From Narcine bancroftii (Eukaryota), in NCBI RefSeq assembly GCF_036971445.1, contig NC_091473.1:170376001-170440000 (forward strand): 64,000 nt of DNA, given 5' to 3'. This document shows positions 38,488-51,144 of the stretch, piece after piece. Positions within the stretch are counted from its first letter, which is position 1. Every line of letters begins with the position of its first letter. The position numbers and the translations under genes were made by a program. The notes below the pieces were generated by a model. The model did no database searches, was not told the origin of the DNA, and saw only the letters and a program-made list of their open reading frames with translations.

Positions 38488-38554
38488 TGTCAGTTTACAG
38501 CATCTGGTTTTATGTCAAGAATGACTGTCAACGAATTGCAGAACTGATGTCAAA
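38488..38554 (+). CDS. DCP1A: DCP1A coding exon (end of EVH1)
   Basis: ttttttaatag|...|gtaaga, 67 nt, phase-compatible with the previous exon. LSVYSIWFYVKNDCQRIAELMSK; missed by the ORF track. Confidence 0.94.
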
Positions 38555-40129
38555 GTAAGAACTGAAATTTGCTTGTTGCTAAATCAACCAACAGATGTAA
38601 TAAAAGTAGTTTGCTTTAAATTTCATTCTTAAACTAGGTAACATTTTCTTGTGTTTGAATATTGCAAAGTTGAAACACCTCAGGAGGTCCAAGTGCAAAT
38701 CTAAATGCTTGCATAATTACTGTATTGAAATCCATTGAATTATATGCCCTTACTTTGTTCTTCTCCCACCTTCATTTTATAGGTGGAGACGGTAGGTGGA
38801 GCCAGATTAGCCCTGATTTTATTAAGTGGCAGGCCAGACGGCCTCTTCCTGCTCCTATATTTTGTGTTCTTACAATCTGTGGTGCTCGCCTATTTAGTTA
38901 TTTTCGTATTCTTCAAGGTAAATTAAATATTCGAACTCCACTTCATTGGCAAAATGGATTGAATGGATCTATTCCACAGCAAGTGTAAGACAACCCATAA
39001 GTGGGTCTAACTTAATTCTGCAGTGATTAAATAACTGCACATTTAAATTCCAGCTGACACATGATGCAATACGGATCTTGTGTTTTCATGAAATCCTGAT
39101 TTGTGCACCATTGCTCTGTGATTTCTGTCAAAAAGGAAGCAATTTAGTTTGCATTATGGCAAGATGACTAAATCATTACCAATGTGTCTGCAATTTGCAT
39201 GGAAACCATTGGGTGGGGGTGGGGGAGGGAAGAACTAAAGAGCACATTTCTTTTTCTTTGGGGACTTTTATGCCCATTTGCAGATGAGAAACATGAGTTT
39301 CGATGTATTCTTAGATTCATACAAGGCTATGATGGAATGAGCTATTTAAAGTGCAGAGTCATGGTGGTACACCTGCTCTTGTGGCAGCTGTTGCAATGTT
39401 CAGCCAGGGAAGGTCAGCAGTCCCTTTGGCTATTTTCCTCAGGAATTCGTGGGGAAGAATATTTCTATTATTGTATTAATTAAATGTGAAAACTGTCTCG
39501 ATTTGTTTTATCATTATTTGGTTCTGCTTCAGATGCTGCATTATTGAGAATGAAAGTACAAAAATTCACCACTACTTGTTTAACATGCTGTTCTGAAATA
39601 TTAAGAATTCAGATGCAGAATTCAATAAATGACTTTGAAAAAAGATACTAATTTGTACAATGGTTGCAAACGGTCAACTACCGTTAATGCTCAAATGGTA
39701 AAAGTTCTTGACAATACTAATTTCTCTGGAATTTTCTCTGGGGATGAAAAGTTTGTCCAGTCATCGATGTAAAGCAAGTGGTTGTGGATTGTTGAACATT
39801 TCTATACTGGTGTAACTCACTGAAATATTATTATACTTTTTGAGGCAATGCAGATTTTTACCTCAGCTGTGAAAATATTGCATTCAAAAGCTGTGTAATG
39901 CATAAAAACATTCTGGAGGTTTGAAGTTAGTTTTAAAAATAAAAATCCAGTGGTCTGTTACTACCTGTATTCTGTAAATGGCAATCTGAAAAAATGTTGA
40001 TTTTTGAAGATTCCTTTGGGACTCCATTTTCTTCAGTCTGGGAGCCCTCTTTCTTTGTTCAGATGGCAATCTTTGTGTCTCAATATTTGTAGTGGGCATC
40101 AGCATAGAGTTGATCTATTTTTTACAGCC

Positions 40130-41110
40130 CTGATCAGTAAAAGTTTGGAGTGCTTTACATGTAGTGGAGAAGATAAATGGAACATAAAGTGCCAAAAAAA
40201 TCAAGGAAGGGTTTTTGGAAAAAGGTAGAATTAAAAGATGGTAAGATGAAGTTGTTGATTTCAGAATAAGTATGATTCGGGCAAAATAGTTGCAAGTTTA
40301 GCTTCTGGTACTGTAAAAGAGGAATAGATAAAGTAATCAATCCTTAACTCAAGGTGGAAATGTCAAACAATAGAAGGCATGGTTTTGAGGTGAGGGAGAC
40401 ATTTGAGGTATTTTTTGAGAATGGAGGGTCCTGGAATATGTGGCCAGGGAAGTGGTAGACCAAAGGGTGCAAGAACATAGGTACCTGAAAGTGACATCAC
40501 AAGTAAACAGGCTGGTGTAGAAGGCATGCTTAGGATATTGAGTATAAGAGCTGGACGTCAAGTTAAAACTGTTCAAGTTGTTAGACGATGTTTGGAATAT
40601 TGACTGCAGTTTTAGATGTCCAGCTATGGAAAAGGTGAAAAGGGTGCAAAAAAGATTGCAAGGATGCTGCCAGAACTGAGAGGCTTTACTTGTAAGATTA
40701 AACTAGATGGACAGTGATTTTTTTTTCAGCCTTCTATGTTCCAGGCAGAAGGGGACTTTAAGTAGTAAATAGAATAATGAGAGGAATATCTAAGGTATAA
40801 AGACATCATATTTTTCCCAAAGTAGGGAATCAAAACAAGAAGGTGTAGACTTAAAGTGTGAGGGGAACGATTTCAGAGACCTGAGGCACCCCTTTTTTTC
40901 AGAGGGTGGTAGATATGTGGATTGAGCTGTCAGCAGAAGTAGTAGAGGGGTATACAATAACAGCAGTTGATGAACATTTAGGCAGCGGCATGTATAGACA
41001 AGGATTAGCAGGATCTGGGCTGACTGCAGGGAAATAGAATTGGCTTGGATCGACAACTTGGCATGGAAAATTGGGATAAAGGGCTTCTTGCTCTGTTAAA
41101 ATCCAATGAC
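40130..41110 (+). mobile_element. Old CR1 RT/3' fragment
   Basis: Degenerate CR1 coding motifs and 3'UTR. Confidence 0.65.
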
Positions 41111-41238
41111 TACTTGTATGCTAAGATGTAAACTACAAAACACTGACAAGGGATAATTTCGGGCTATCAGATCTGATTAAAGTAATGGAATTTGCTTCCT
41201 GACTTTGTTAATTAATTGCTTAATACTTGTGCTGCTAG

Positions 41239-41374
41239 GGTGGTACAAATGGAGGCTCAGAGAATCCAGGAACCCCCAGGGAGAGCATCACCAAATAAAA
41301 CCAATGGATATGATGAAGAAAATACTATTGATATCCTGGACATGCTAAGCAAAGCCAAAGAAGAGTATGAACAG
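41239..41374 (+). CDS. DCP1A: DCP1A coding exon
   Basis: gctgctag|...|gtaaga, 136 nt. VVQMEAQRIQ...IDILDMLSKAKEEYEQ matches the DCP1 DIL.MLS.AK.EY motif. Confidence 0.93.
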
Positions 41375-42123
41375 GTAAGAATGGTGATTAAACACTAACT
41401 TTGCAATTCCGGTTATTTGTGTTTGAAGGAAATCTTTCACAGAATCTCAAACCAAATATAAATACTTTTCAACACATTTAAATTGTAAGCACCATTCAAA
41501 TAGATTTTCAAACTGCATTTTTGAAGGCTTCTGGTGTCCAAACTATTTGTCATGAAGTGAATGTTCCTACACCTTACAAATACGACAGGAGGGGAGATCA
41601 CAGAATATCGCTAGAATGTAATGATATTTTTTAATGTTGGTCTGAGGAATTTATGGTTTATATTGTGAATTGTTAAGAACTCTATTTACCTCAAACAGTA
41701 TGCCACCTTTCCATCAACCCAACCATGGCAGTTTTTTTTAGATTATAGAATTGTTAAAATATCTTGGTGAGAAGGATTGAATGTTTTCTGTTCTTTAGCA
41801 AGTTGGCTGCAGTTGAATATTTTACCTACATCAGACATAAAACCTTATTTGGATTGAGTGATTGCTGAAGTTAAAAATAAATTGGTATGTATGGCCTTAA
41901 CTTGGAAGAGAAAATTGTTTACTTGTCATTTACAGGTAGCTGTGTGCATTGAAAGATAGAAGCATTGGAATTGAGATTGGTCCAGGTTGCAGTTTCATCT
42001 GTTTAAGAATTGTTTTTGCACAGTGGTAATGTTATTGGGGTGGAGGGGGGGGGGCATGGGGCATGGGGGAGGAAGGGAAATAGATGGAGCTGAGTCCACA
42101 GCCAGCCTGGCCATAATCTAAAT

Positions 42124-42520
42124 CAGTGGTCCCCAAACCCTCCCCCATGCAACGGTGCTGAGCGAGGAGGGGGTGGCACGCTAAGTGGGCAGGGTGGTGG
42201 GGTGGGTGGTGGTGGCACTGCTGATGGGGGGGGGGGGGGGGGGGGGTAGTGACACTAGTAAGACATGGCAGCCACCAAGTCCAGCTCTCGCATGAATGCC
42301 TTGTCACTGTTAATTTGCTCTCTACTGCCACCCAGAGTCTGGCCACAGCAACTGGTGGCCCTTCCAGAGACTGCAAAGCCAGAAAATTACTGCACTGGCT
42401 TCTTCATTAAACTTTGCAGCAGAATGAATATAACAAAGGTGAAGGTTCTGACCGCCCACTTGGACTTTTCCACTGCCCACGGGGTGGGGGGTGCAGCACT
42501 CCCCACTTTGGGAATCACTG
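42124..42520. mobile_element. hAT (Charlie-like) MITE
   Basis: TIRs CAGTGGTCCCCAAA / TTTGGGAATCACTG; perfect 8-bp TSD atctaaat; inside a CR1 3'UTR. Confidence 0.9.
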
Positions 42521-43288
42521 ATCTAAATGAATGGCAAAGCAGGCATGCTGGGCCAGATGTTCAACTTCTGCTCCTATTTCATGTGCTCGAGACAACACAT
42601 TTTTTTTCAAAAGGTTTGCTTCCTGAAAAAAATTTGGGGATTATAATAGACAACTTCAAGCTGAACACAAAGATAATTTCAGATTCGCTGGATCACGTAG
42701 GAAGTTGGAGGAACAATAAATTAATTTTTATTGAATTCAGCATGTTTAATTGCATAATGATGCTGAAACATGGCATCAGTTCAACTGACCTAAAAATGTT
42801 TTGTCACTGATTTTTGTTCGTACTCAGCATCTGATGCCTCTTAAGTTAGTGTCCAACAATAGTCGGTCGGCATTGATGGGTTTCAGTTACCGTCATCCTG
42901 CTTTTTCATGCTTACAACATCCTGGTGAAACCTTTCACCATGTTAGTCACTGACTGCACGAAGATCATCAGGATGCAGAGATTAAATTTTTGATAACCTT
43001 GTGCACTTCATGATTTTTTTTGCATGAAGTAGACTTGACCTATTTTTGTGATTTCCTGTCATATCTATAAAAGGGTATGAGGTAGGAAAATTTTAAGGTT
43101 TTTTGGTGATTAACTGCCTAAAATCCATAAAATGCAGGAAAGTTCTCGGAAGCAAAGTCTTTGTTGTCCAGTGTTATTTGTATTTTATATTTTTATGGTG
43201 GGACTGTTGGTTTTCCTGTGGTACTGTACTTCATTTCATAAAAATAAATTTGGTAATTAAATATAAACTTTCATCTTTTTCTTTTCAG

Positions 43289-43405
43289 ACATGTCAGTTT
43301 GGTGATTCAAGTATTTTATCAAGTTCTCCAGGCATACACACCACTGCAGGGCTTGTAATGAAAATACCAATAGATGAATGTATCTCTTCAGCACACCATC
43401 ACAAG
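43289..43405 (+). CDS. DCP1A: DCP1A coding exon (linker)
   Basis: tttcttttcag|...|gtagat, 117 nt, phase 0-0. TCQFGDSSILSSSPG...HHHK. Confidence 0.82.
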
Positions 43406-45300
43406 GTAGATGGACTATATTTAATTCTAACTATTTGGATGATATAATTTTAATGCCTAAAATGGTTCACTGGAGAAATGTCAAACAATATTTAAAAGAA
43501 CCACATAAGGCAATATCAGGCAAGTCAAGGAGATAACAATTAAATGTAGAGCATAGAATGATACAGGCCTTTCAGCCCTTAATGTTGTGATGACCCATAC
43601 ACCCTTTCTTTTTAAAAAAATGTACAAAACCCTCCCTACCCCAGAACCCTCCATTTATCTTTCATCCATGTGTCTGTCTTAAATGCTCCAACCAGCATCC
43701 CCAGCAAGGCATTCCAGGCACCCACAACTCTGTGTTTAATTTTTTTTTTAACTTAGCCCTGATTTCTCCCATAAACTTTACTTCCTTAACTTTGCACATA
43801 AATCCTCTGGTGTTTGCTGTTCCTGCCCTTGGAAACAAGTACTGGCTGTCCACCCTATCTATGCCTCTCATAATCTTGTTGACCTCTATCTTCTCATCCT
43901 TCAACTCACCAAAGTGAAAAGTCCCCTCTCTGCTAACATTGCCTCATAAGACTTGTTTCCCAATCCAGGCAACATCCTGGTAAATCTCCTCTGCCCCCTC
44001 TCTATAGCTTCCACATCCTTCATTTAATGAGGTAACCAGAAATAAACTTAAGTGTGGTCTTAGCAAAGATTTGGAACATGACCTCTCTACACCAGAATTC
44101 AATCTACTTCTAAATGAATCCAAGCATCCCAGAGGCCTTCACGATCTTATCAACCTTTGCAGTGACCTTGATGGATGTATGGATTTGCAGCAAAGGTCCC
44201 TTTGTTCATCCACACTCTTAAGTAACCAACCATTAACTCTGTACTCAGCCTTCTGGTTTGTCCTTCCAAAATGCATCACCTCACACTTAACTGAATTGAA
44301 ATCCATCTGCCGCTTTTATGCCCAACTCTGAATCCTGTCTATATCATCTTATAATCTTCGACAACCTTCAACTCCATCCACAACTCCTCCAACCTTTGTG
44401 TCATCCACAAACTTACTGACCCATCCTTCCACTTCTTCATTCAGGTAATTTCTAAACATCACAGAGAGCAGGGGTCCCAGAACAGATCTCTGCAGCACTC
44501 CACTAGTCACTGACCTCCAGGCAGAATACTTTCCATCCACTACTACTCTCTGCTTTCTTTGTACAAGCCAATTTTGTATCCACATTGCTAATTTTCTGCT
44601 GATCCTGTGACTCATGAGTTTCTCATGGGGGACCTTGTCAAATTCTTTGCTAAAGTCCATGTAGAGTACATCTACTACCCTACCCTCATCAATTACCTCC
44701 TTTTATAAAAAAAAACTCAATTAGGCTTGTGAGGCATGACCTTCCCTTCACAAAGCCATGCTGACTACCCTTAATTAGACAGTACTTCTCCAAATCCTCA
44801 GATCCTGTCCTTAAGAAGCCTCTCCATTAGTGTACACACCATTGATGTAAGACTCACAGGTCTATAATTCCCAGGATTCTCCCTATTACCTTTTTTAAAC
44901 AAGGGGACTACATTTGCCATTCTCCAATCCTCTAGGACCACTCCTGCAGCCAAAAAGGATTCAAAGATCATAGCCCCAGCTATCTCTTCTCTCACTTCCC
45001 ACAGCAGCCTGGGGTATATCATGTCCGACCCCAGAGATTTATCAATGTTGATGTTTTTAAGTAGATCCAATACTTCTGCTTCCTTAATCTCCACATGGTC
45101 CAGTACACAGGCCTGTTCAATTTCAGCCTCACCGTGATCAAAGTCCTTTTCTTTGATGCAAAGTATTCATTTAGGACCTCCCCAACTTCCTTTTTCTCCA
45201 GGCACATGTTGCCTCCCTTATCCTTTAGTGGCCCCACCTTCATTCTCATCACCCTTCTGTTCTTCACATCTGCATTGAAAGGCCTTGAGTTCTCCTTAAT

Positions 45301-46692
45301 TTTAAGAAGGGAGGGAGAGAAAAGTCGGGAAACTACAGACCACTTAGCCTGACATCGGTAGTAGGGAAGGTGCTATAATCAGTTATTAAAGATGCAATCG
45401 CAGTACATTTGGAAAGTAGTGTTATCGTCGGACGGAGTCAGCATGGTTTTGTGAAGGGAAAATCATGTCTGATGAATCTAATAGTTTTTTGAGATGTAAC
45501 CAGTAGAGTGGATGGGGGGACTCAGTGGATGTAGTATATTTGATAAGGTTCCGCACAGAAGACTAGCATACAAACTTGAAAAACACGGTATAGGAGGTAT
45601 GGTAATAAGGTGGATAGAGAATTGGTTGATGGACAGGAAGCAAAGAGTAGGAATAAATGGGTTCTTTTCAGAATGGCAACCAGTGACTAGTGGGGTTCCG
45701 CAGGGCTCAGTGCTGGGGCCGCAGTTGTTTACAATATATATCAACGACTTAGATATGGGAATAGATAGCATTATCTCAAAATTTGTAGATGACACAAAGT
45801 TGAGTAGCGGGGCAAGCTGTGCAGCGGATGCTAGGAGGGTGCAGAGTGATTTGGACAAGTTAGGTGAGTGGGCCAGGACGCGGCAAATGCAATATAATGT
45901 GGATAAATGAGAGGTTATCCACTTCGGAGGCAAGAACAGGAAAGAGGATTATTATTTAAATGGTATCTGTTTAGGAAAAGGGGAGATGCAGAGAGACTTG
46001 GGTGTTGCTGTGCATCAGTCGTTGAAAGTGGGCGTGCAGGTGCGGCAGGCGGTGAGGAGGGTGAATGGTATGTTGGCGTTCATAGTGAGAGGATTTGAGT
46101 CCAGGAGTAGGGAGATCCTGCTGCAGCTGTACAGGGCCTTGGTGAGACCATACCTGGAGAACTGCGTGCAGTTTTGGTCGCCTTATCTGAGGAAGGACAT
46201 CCTCGCGATGAAGGGGGTGCAGAGAAGGTTCACTAGGCTGATACCAGGAATGGAAGGACTTGCATATGAAGAAAAGTTGAATAGACTAGGCTTGTATTCT
46301 CTGGAATTTAGAAGATTGAGGGGGGGGATCTTACAGAATTCTTCAGGGTTTAGACAGACTAGACTCAGGAAGGTTGTTCCCAATGCTGGGAAAAACCAGA
46401 ACCAGGGGTCACAGTTTAAGGATGAGGGGGAAGTTTTTTAGGACTGAGATGAGGAAAAATTTATTTTCTCAGAGTGGTGGATCAGTGGAATTCTTTGCCA
46501 CAGGAAGAAGTTGAGGCTGGTTCCTTGTCAATATTTTTAAAGTAGGTTAGATTTGGCCCTTGTGGCTAAGGGGATCAAGGGGTATGGGGAGAAGGCAGGA
46601 ACTGGGTACTGATCAGCCATGATCATATTGAATGGCAGTGTAGGCTTGAAAGGCTAAATGGCCTACTCCTGCACCTATTTTCTATGTTTCTA
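45301..46692 (+). mobile_element. CR1 RT/3' end nested in the older CR1
   Basis: GVPQGSVLGPQLF, FVDD, LGLYSLEFRRLRG; tail tttctatgtttcta. Confidence 0.9.
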
Positions 46693-47929
46693 CATGCCAA
46701 GGCTTTCTCATGCCCCCTTTGAGCTGTCTTAAGTCCTTTCTTAAGCTCCTTCCTGGTTACCATATTTCTTCTCATGAGCCCTTCCTGTTTCCTGCTTCCT
46801 ATATCTAACGTGCTTCCTTTTTCCATTTGACTTGTTGTTTGACCTGTTTTGTCAGCCACGGTTCCCTTTTCCTGCCATCTTTTTCTTAACCCAGTGCGAT
46901 AAATTTATCTTGAACCCTGTGGTCCCTAAGCGTCCTCCACATGACTCCTGTGCTTTCACCCTTAAACATCTGTTTCCAATTTATTCTTACTAGTTCTGCC
47001 TCATCCCTTCATAATTGGCCCTTTGCCAGTTAAGCACTTTCCAAATTTGACTGTTTTTATCCTTTTCCATCGCTAAGTTGAAGCTAAGGGAGACGTGGTC
47101 ACTCTCACCAAAATGCTGCCCGGCCTGATCAGGTTCATTCCCCAGAACCAAATCCTATATGGCCTCAGAAATCCTTCTTGTACACACCTGACAAATTCAG
47201 CCCTGTCTATCCCTCTTGCAGTCAGTAGGTACCAGTCATTATTATGGAAGTTGAAATCACCCATAACTACAACCCAGTATTTCCCACGCCATGCCAAATC
47301 TACCTACTTATCTGCTCCTCGGTATCCCAAGGGCTATTTGGGGCCAAAAAGACAACTCCAAGCACAGTGATAGCTCCCTTCCTATTTCTGACTTCCACCT
47401 ACACCAACTCAGTCGACTCTCCCTCTGCAGCGTCTTCTCTTTCCATAGCTGTGATACTATCCCCGACTAGTCATGCTACTCTTTTCCTCCTTCCCCCCCC
47501 CCCCCCTTTCTACCTCCCATCCTATTCCTTTTAAAACACCTAAACACGGGTACCTGTATCAGCAATCTTACCCTTCCTCCAGCCAAGTTTCAGGAACAGC
47601 CACAACATGTAGTTTCTTGTACTGATCCATGCTTGAACTTCATCCCTCTTTATTCTTCATACTCCTAGTGTTGAAATAGACACATTTCAAACCATCTAAC
47701 TGGCTACCTTTATATTTTTCCCCTGCCTGTCCTTCCTCACCAACTCAGAGCACATAGCATCTTGCTGTTATCCTGCTACCCTAATCTCTACCCTCACATT
47801 CTGATTCCCACCCCCCTGCCAAACTAGTTTAAACCCTCTCCAACAACTCTAGCAAATCTACCCTCCAGGATATTGCCCTGCCCCCTCGAGCACAGGTGCA
47901 GCCTGTCCTTTTTGTCTTCAGAAGTGATC

Positions 47930-49855
47930 AGAATCAGGATTTATTGTCACGAACAAGTCATGAAATTAGGTGTTTTGCAGCAGCATCGTAGAGCAAACAT
48001 TCATATTATAACCTAGTATAAAAAAATAATAATTACAATAATAGTGTATAAAACTAAGGCTGTGTCTATGGTTCATTTATTATTCAGGAATCTGGTGGCA
48101 TTGGGGAAGAAGCTGTCCTTGTGCCGCTGAGTGCTCATCTTTAGGCTCCTGTACCTTTTACCAAATGGTAACAGAATGAAGAGAGCATGGCATGGACGCT
48201 GGGGGTATTTGAGGAGAGAGGCTGCTTTTTTTAAGACAACGCCTCATGTCGATGTCCTCGATGGAGTGAAGTCTGGTGCCTGTGATGTCGCCTGTGATTA
48301 CCTGAGCGGTAATCATTTAAGTACCAGACAACCCTCTGGAATTTATTCTTGGCCCGAGAGTTGGTGCCTCCATACCAGGCAGTGATGCAAATAGCCAGAA
48401 TGCTCTCCACGGTACACCTGTAGAATTTTGAGAGTCTTCAGAGACATACTGAACCTTCTTAGACACCTCACAAAGTATAGCCGCTGGTGAGCCACCTTTG
48501 TGATTGCATCAATGTGGAGGCTCCAGACAGATCCTCGGAGATGTTGACACCCAAAAATTTGAAGTTCTACACCCTTGATGAGGACTGGATTGTGTTCCCC
48601 TGACTCCTTGGTTTTGCTGACGTTGAGCACAATGATGTTGTTACACCATTCAACGAGCTGATCTATCTCCCTCCTGTACACTTCCTCATTGCCATAGGTG
48701 ATTCTGCCAACATCTGTGGTGTCATCGGCAAACTTGTAGATGGCATTGGAACTGTGCCTGGCCACATAGTCATGGGTGTATTGTGACAGATTGTATTATA
48801 TTTTGTATTGTATATAGATATGTTTTTGAAGGAGATAGATTGTGGGTGTAGTGTAGGTCACAAACAAACACTTCACAAAACAGATTTCATTTAAAATGCC
48901 AGAGCTCTGATCAAGCCAGGCAGCCAAGGCTCTGGGTGCCTTTACCTACAGAGACTTCACAAGTAGGTGTTGATTGGACATGCTGTGGAGTAATGGATCT
49001 TTGTTTTGAAAGCAACAGATGAACAGACTCAGAAGTTTGGGTCCGGTGCCGCAATCTGTCTGGTTGCATTTGGCTGTTCTAAAAGGACATGTGGTTTAGT
49101 AAGCAGAGAGAGAGGAGAGACTAAACAGGCTCTCTCTGAGAGAGAGCAAACATGGCAAGCTGGTAGCTTGTTGAACCCCGTTTTGAAGACTGGTTGTGAG
49201 TTCTGAGTTGAGCCTGTTGAAAACCCTTGTGATCCCTACAAGAGGAAATGGCTGGCTAGAGTGTTTCACCTAAAATAAGGGAAACAAAAGGAACTCTGTG
49301 GTGATCTGCAGAAGAAGAGGTTATCATTTGGAAAACCCTGATGGGGCAAGTTTCTTCAGCAAGGCACTGAAGTGGCTGGTCGGAGGGAATCAGTTTGTGT
49401 GTGTCCAAAGAGCAAAAGAACCTTCCTGAGCGGTAATCATTTAAGTACCAGAACTTGGTGAAAATTAATAAATATTAAATTCTGTGCACAGTTTAGGAAT
49501 TGTCTGCTACAGGTGAACTTGAAGGAGTGAGAAGTGAGATTGGACTGTGAATCAAAGAACTTTTCTGAACTTGTACACATTACATACACGTGCACTTAGA
49601 ATTAGAAGGGGGTTGTAAGGTTAAGTTAATAGTAATAAGTTGAAGTTTGATCCTGTTTTCATGTTGAAAGATAATTCAAAGCAACTTTTGTTTAAGTAAC
49701 CATTTGTCCTGGTGAATTTCTATTGCTGCTGGGTTTTGGGGTACTCTGGGCCTGTAACAGTATAACAAGAAGAGCAGTGGAAAAAGCACACACCCTTGGG
49801 GTATGCCTGTTTGATGATCAGTGAGGAGGAGACATTGTTTACAATTCCAATCTCT
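47930..49855 (-). mobile_element. Rex1/Babar LINE 3' part, interrupted by a solo LTR
   Basis: YKFADDTT, GIPQGCV; tail at 47930. Confidence 0.82.
48782..49759 (+). mobile_element. Solo LTR (family A)
   Basis: TGTGACAG...GTAACA ends, perfect 4-bp TSD GTAT. Confidence 0.9.
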
Positions 49856-50436
49856 ATGATCCACAAATCTGAACATCTGCCTCTGACATCAACTCTTCAG
49901 CCATGCATTCATCTGCCACAACTTCCTATTCCTGCCCTCTGGCATGAGGCACAGGCAGAAATCCTGAGATTACCACCCCTGAGGTCCTGCTTTTTAACTT
50001 CCTTCCTAACTCCCTATATTCCCTCTTTATGACCCCATCCCTATTCTTATCTATGTTATTGGTCCCCACGTGGTCCATAACATCTGGCTGCTCACCCTCC
50101 CTCTCCATAATGCTATGAACTCAATCAGTAATGTCCCTGACCCTAGGACCTGAAGATGTTCAAGACAGGCAGTTTTTGAAAGGCAAGTCCAAAACCTAAG
50201 ACTTGGGAAGGTATCAATGCAAATGGTGAAGTCATTTAAATATAAGGTGAGTCCAGAGTTTGAGAGTTGTAGGATTTTAAAAGTTACATAGATAGGCAAG
50301 AAGTTTGTAAACTTTGTTTTTGTGCTTGGATATTAAGCCCGTTGATGTTTATTTTCACAATGTTTAATAAGGAAAAAATGTGCTCCACCAATGCAAGCAA
50401 ATATTTTAACGTTGCCTTTTTTATTTCATCTTCCAG

Positions 50437-51144
50437 ACTATTCTTTCAGGTGCCAAACACTTGACCGTAGAGGAATTATTTGGAGCCCCAATTCCAAAAG
50501 AGCAATTGACGAAGTCGAATCAAGAAATGTTGACATCTCAGCAAGATACTAAATTAAGAAACCAGAGCTTAATGCAACCCTTGGCTTATGAACATTCAGC
50601 GGAAAAACATCCAGGAAACCCTGAGAGTCTTAATAACAAGAATAGTTTTAATCGATTGAATTGCCAAGAAGCCACCTCAAAAGTACTAATGACACCAGCT
50701 GCACTCCAGAAATCTGATAAAACAAAGTGTATGTACAACATTTGCACCAGCCCCCACATTCATACTTCCCTGCATTTTGAACCTATTTCTAGTCAGACTG
50801 TTTCTGCCATGAGTACCAATGGGCATGGTCAGAGATTGCAACAGGAAGTCAAAACTGTTTCACCACTAATGATGTGCCCACTTTCCTCTGCAGTAACGTG
50901 TGGTCATCAGAATTCATCTTCAGGTAGTAACCCACCTGCACAGAGAGCTACAGGTGATAGAAGTACTTCAGATATTGGATCTCAAGGTCATGAATTGCTT
51001 CAGAAACTCAAACTTGCACCACAGCATGACCAGCAGCACCATACTCTCAGCAAACCTTCACTAGCTGCAAAATTTTCTCCGTTACTTGTAACACCAGAGA
51101 GCTTTAAAGAACCAAATGTTAAAACTACAGAGGTCTCATTGCAG
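50437..51144 (+). CDS. DCP1A: DCP1A large coding exon (motif I HLTVEELFG and disordered region)
   Basis: tcttccag|ACT...CAG|gtacaa, 708 nt open. Contains KHLTVEELFG, ELLQKLKL and TPESFKEP. Confidence 0.93.

Larger units (their letters stand above)
43545..50150 (-). mobile_element. Old near-full-length CR1 (ORF1 esterase, EN, RT), host of three nested insertions
   Basis: ORF1 HVGTNNID...VVISGFLPVP at ~50000; MGDFNF at ~47260; RT motifs at 44350-45100; tail at 43545. Confidence 0.85.

Noticed and set aside
50441-50450. Alternative acceptor ttctttcag 13 nt into the large exon
   Set aside because: Would shift the frame relative to the phase-0 upstream exon.
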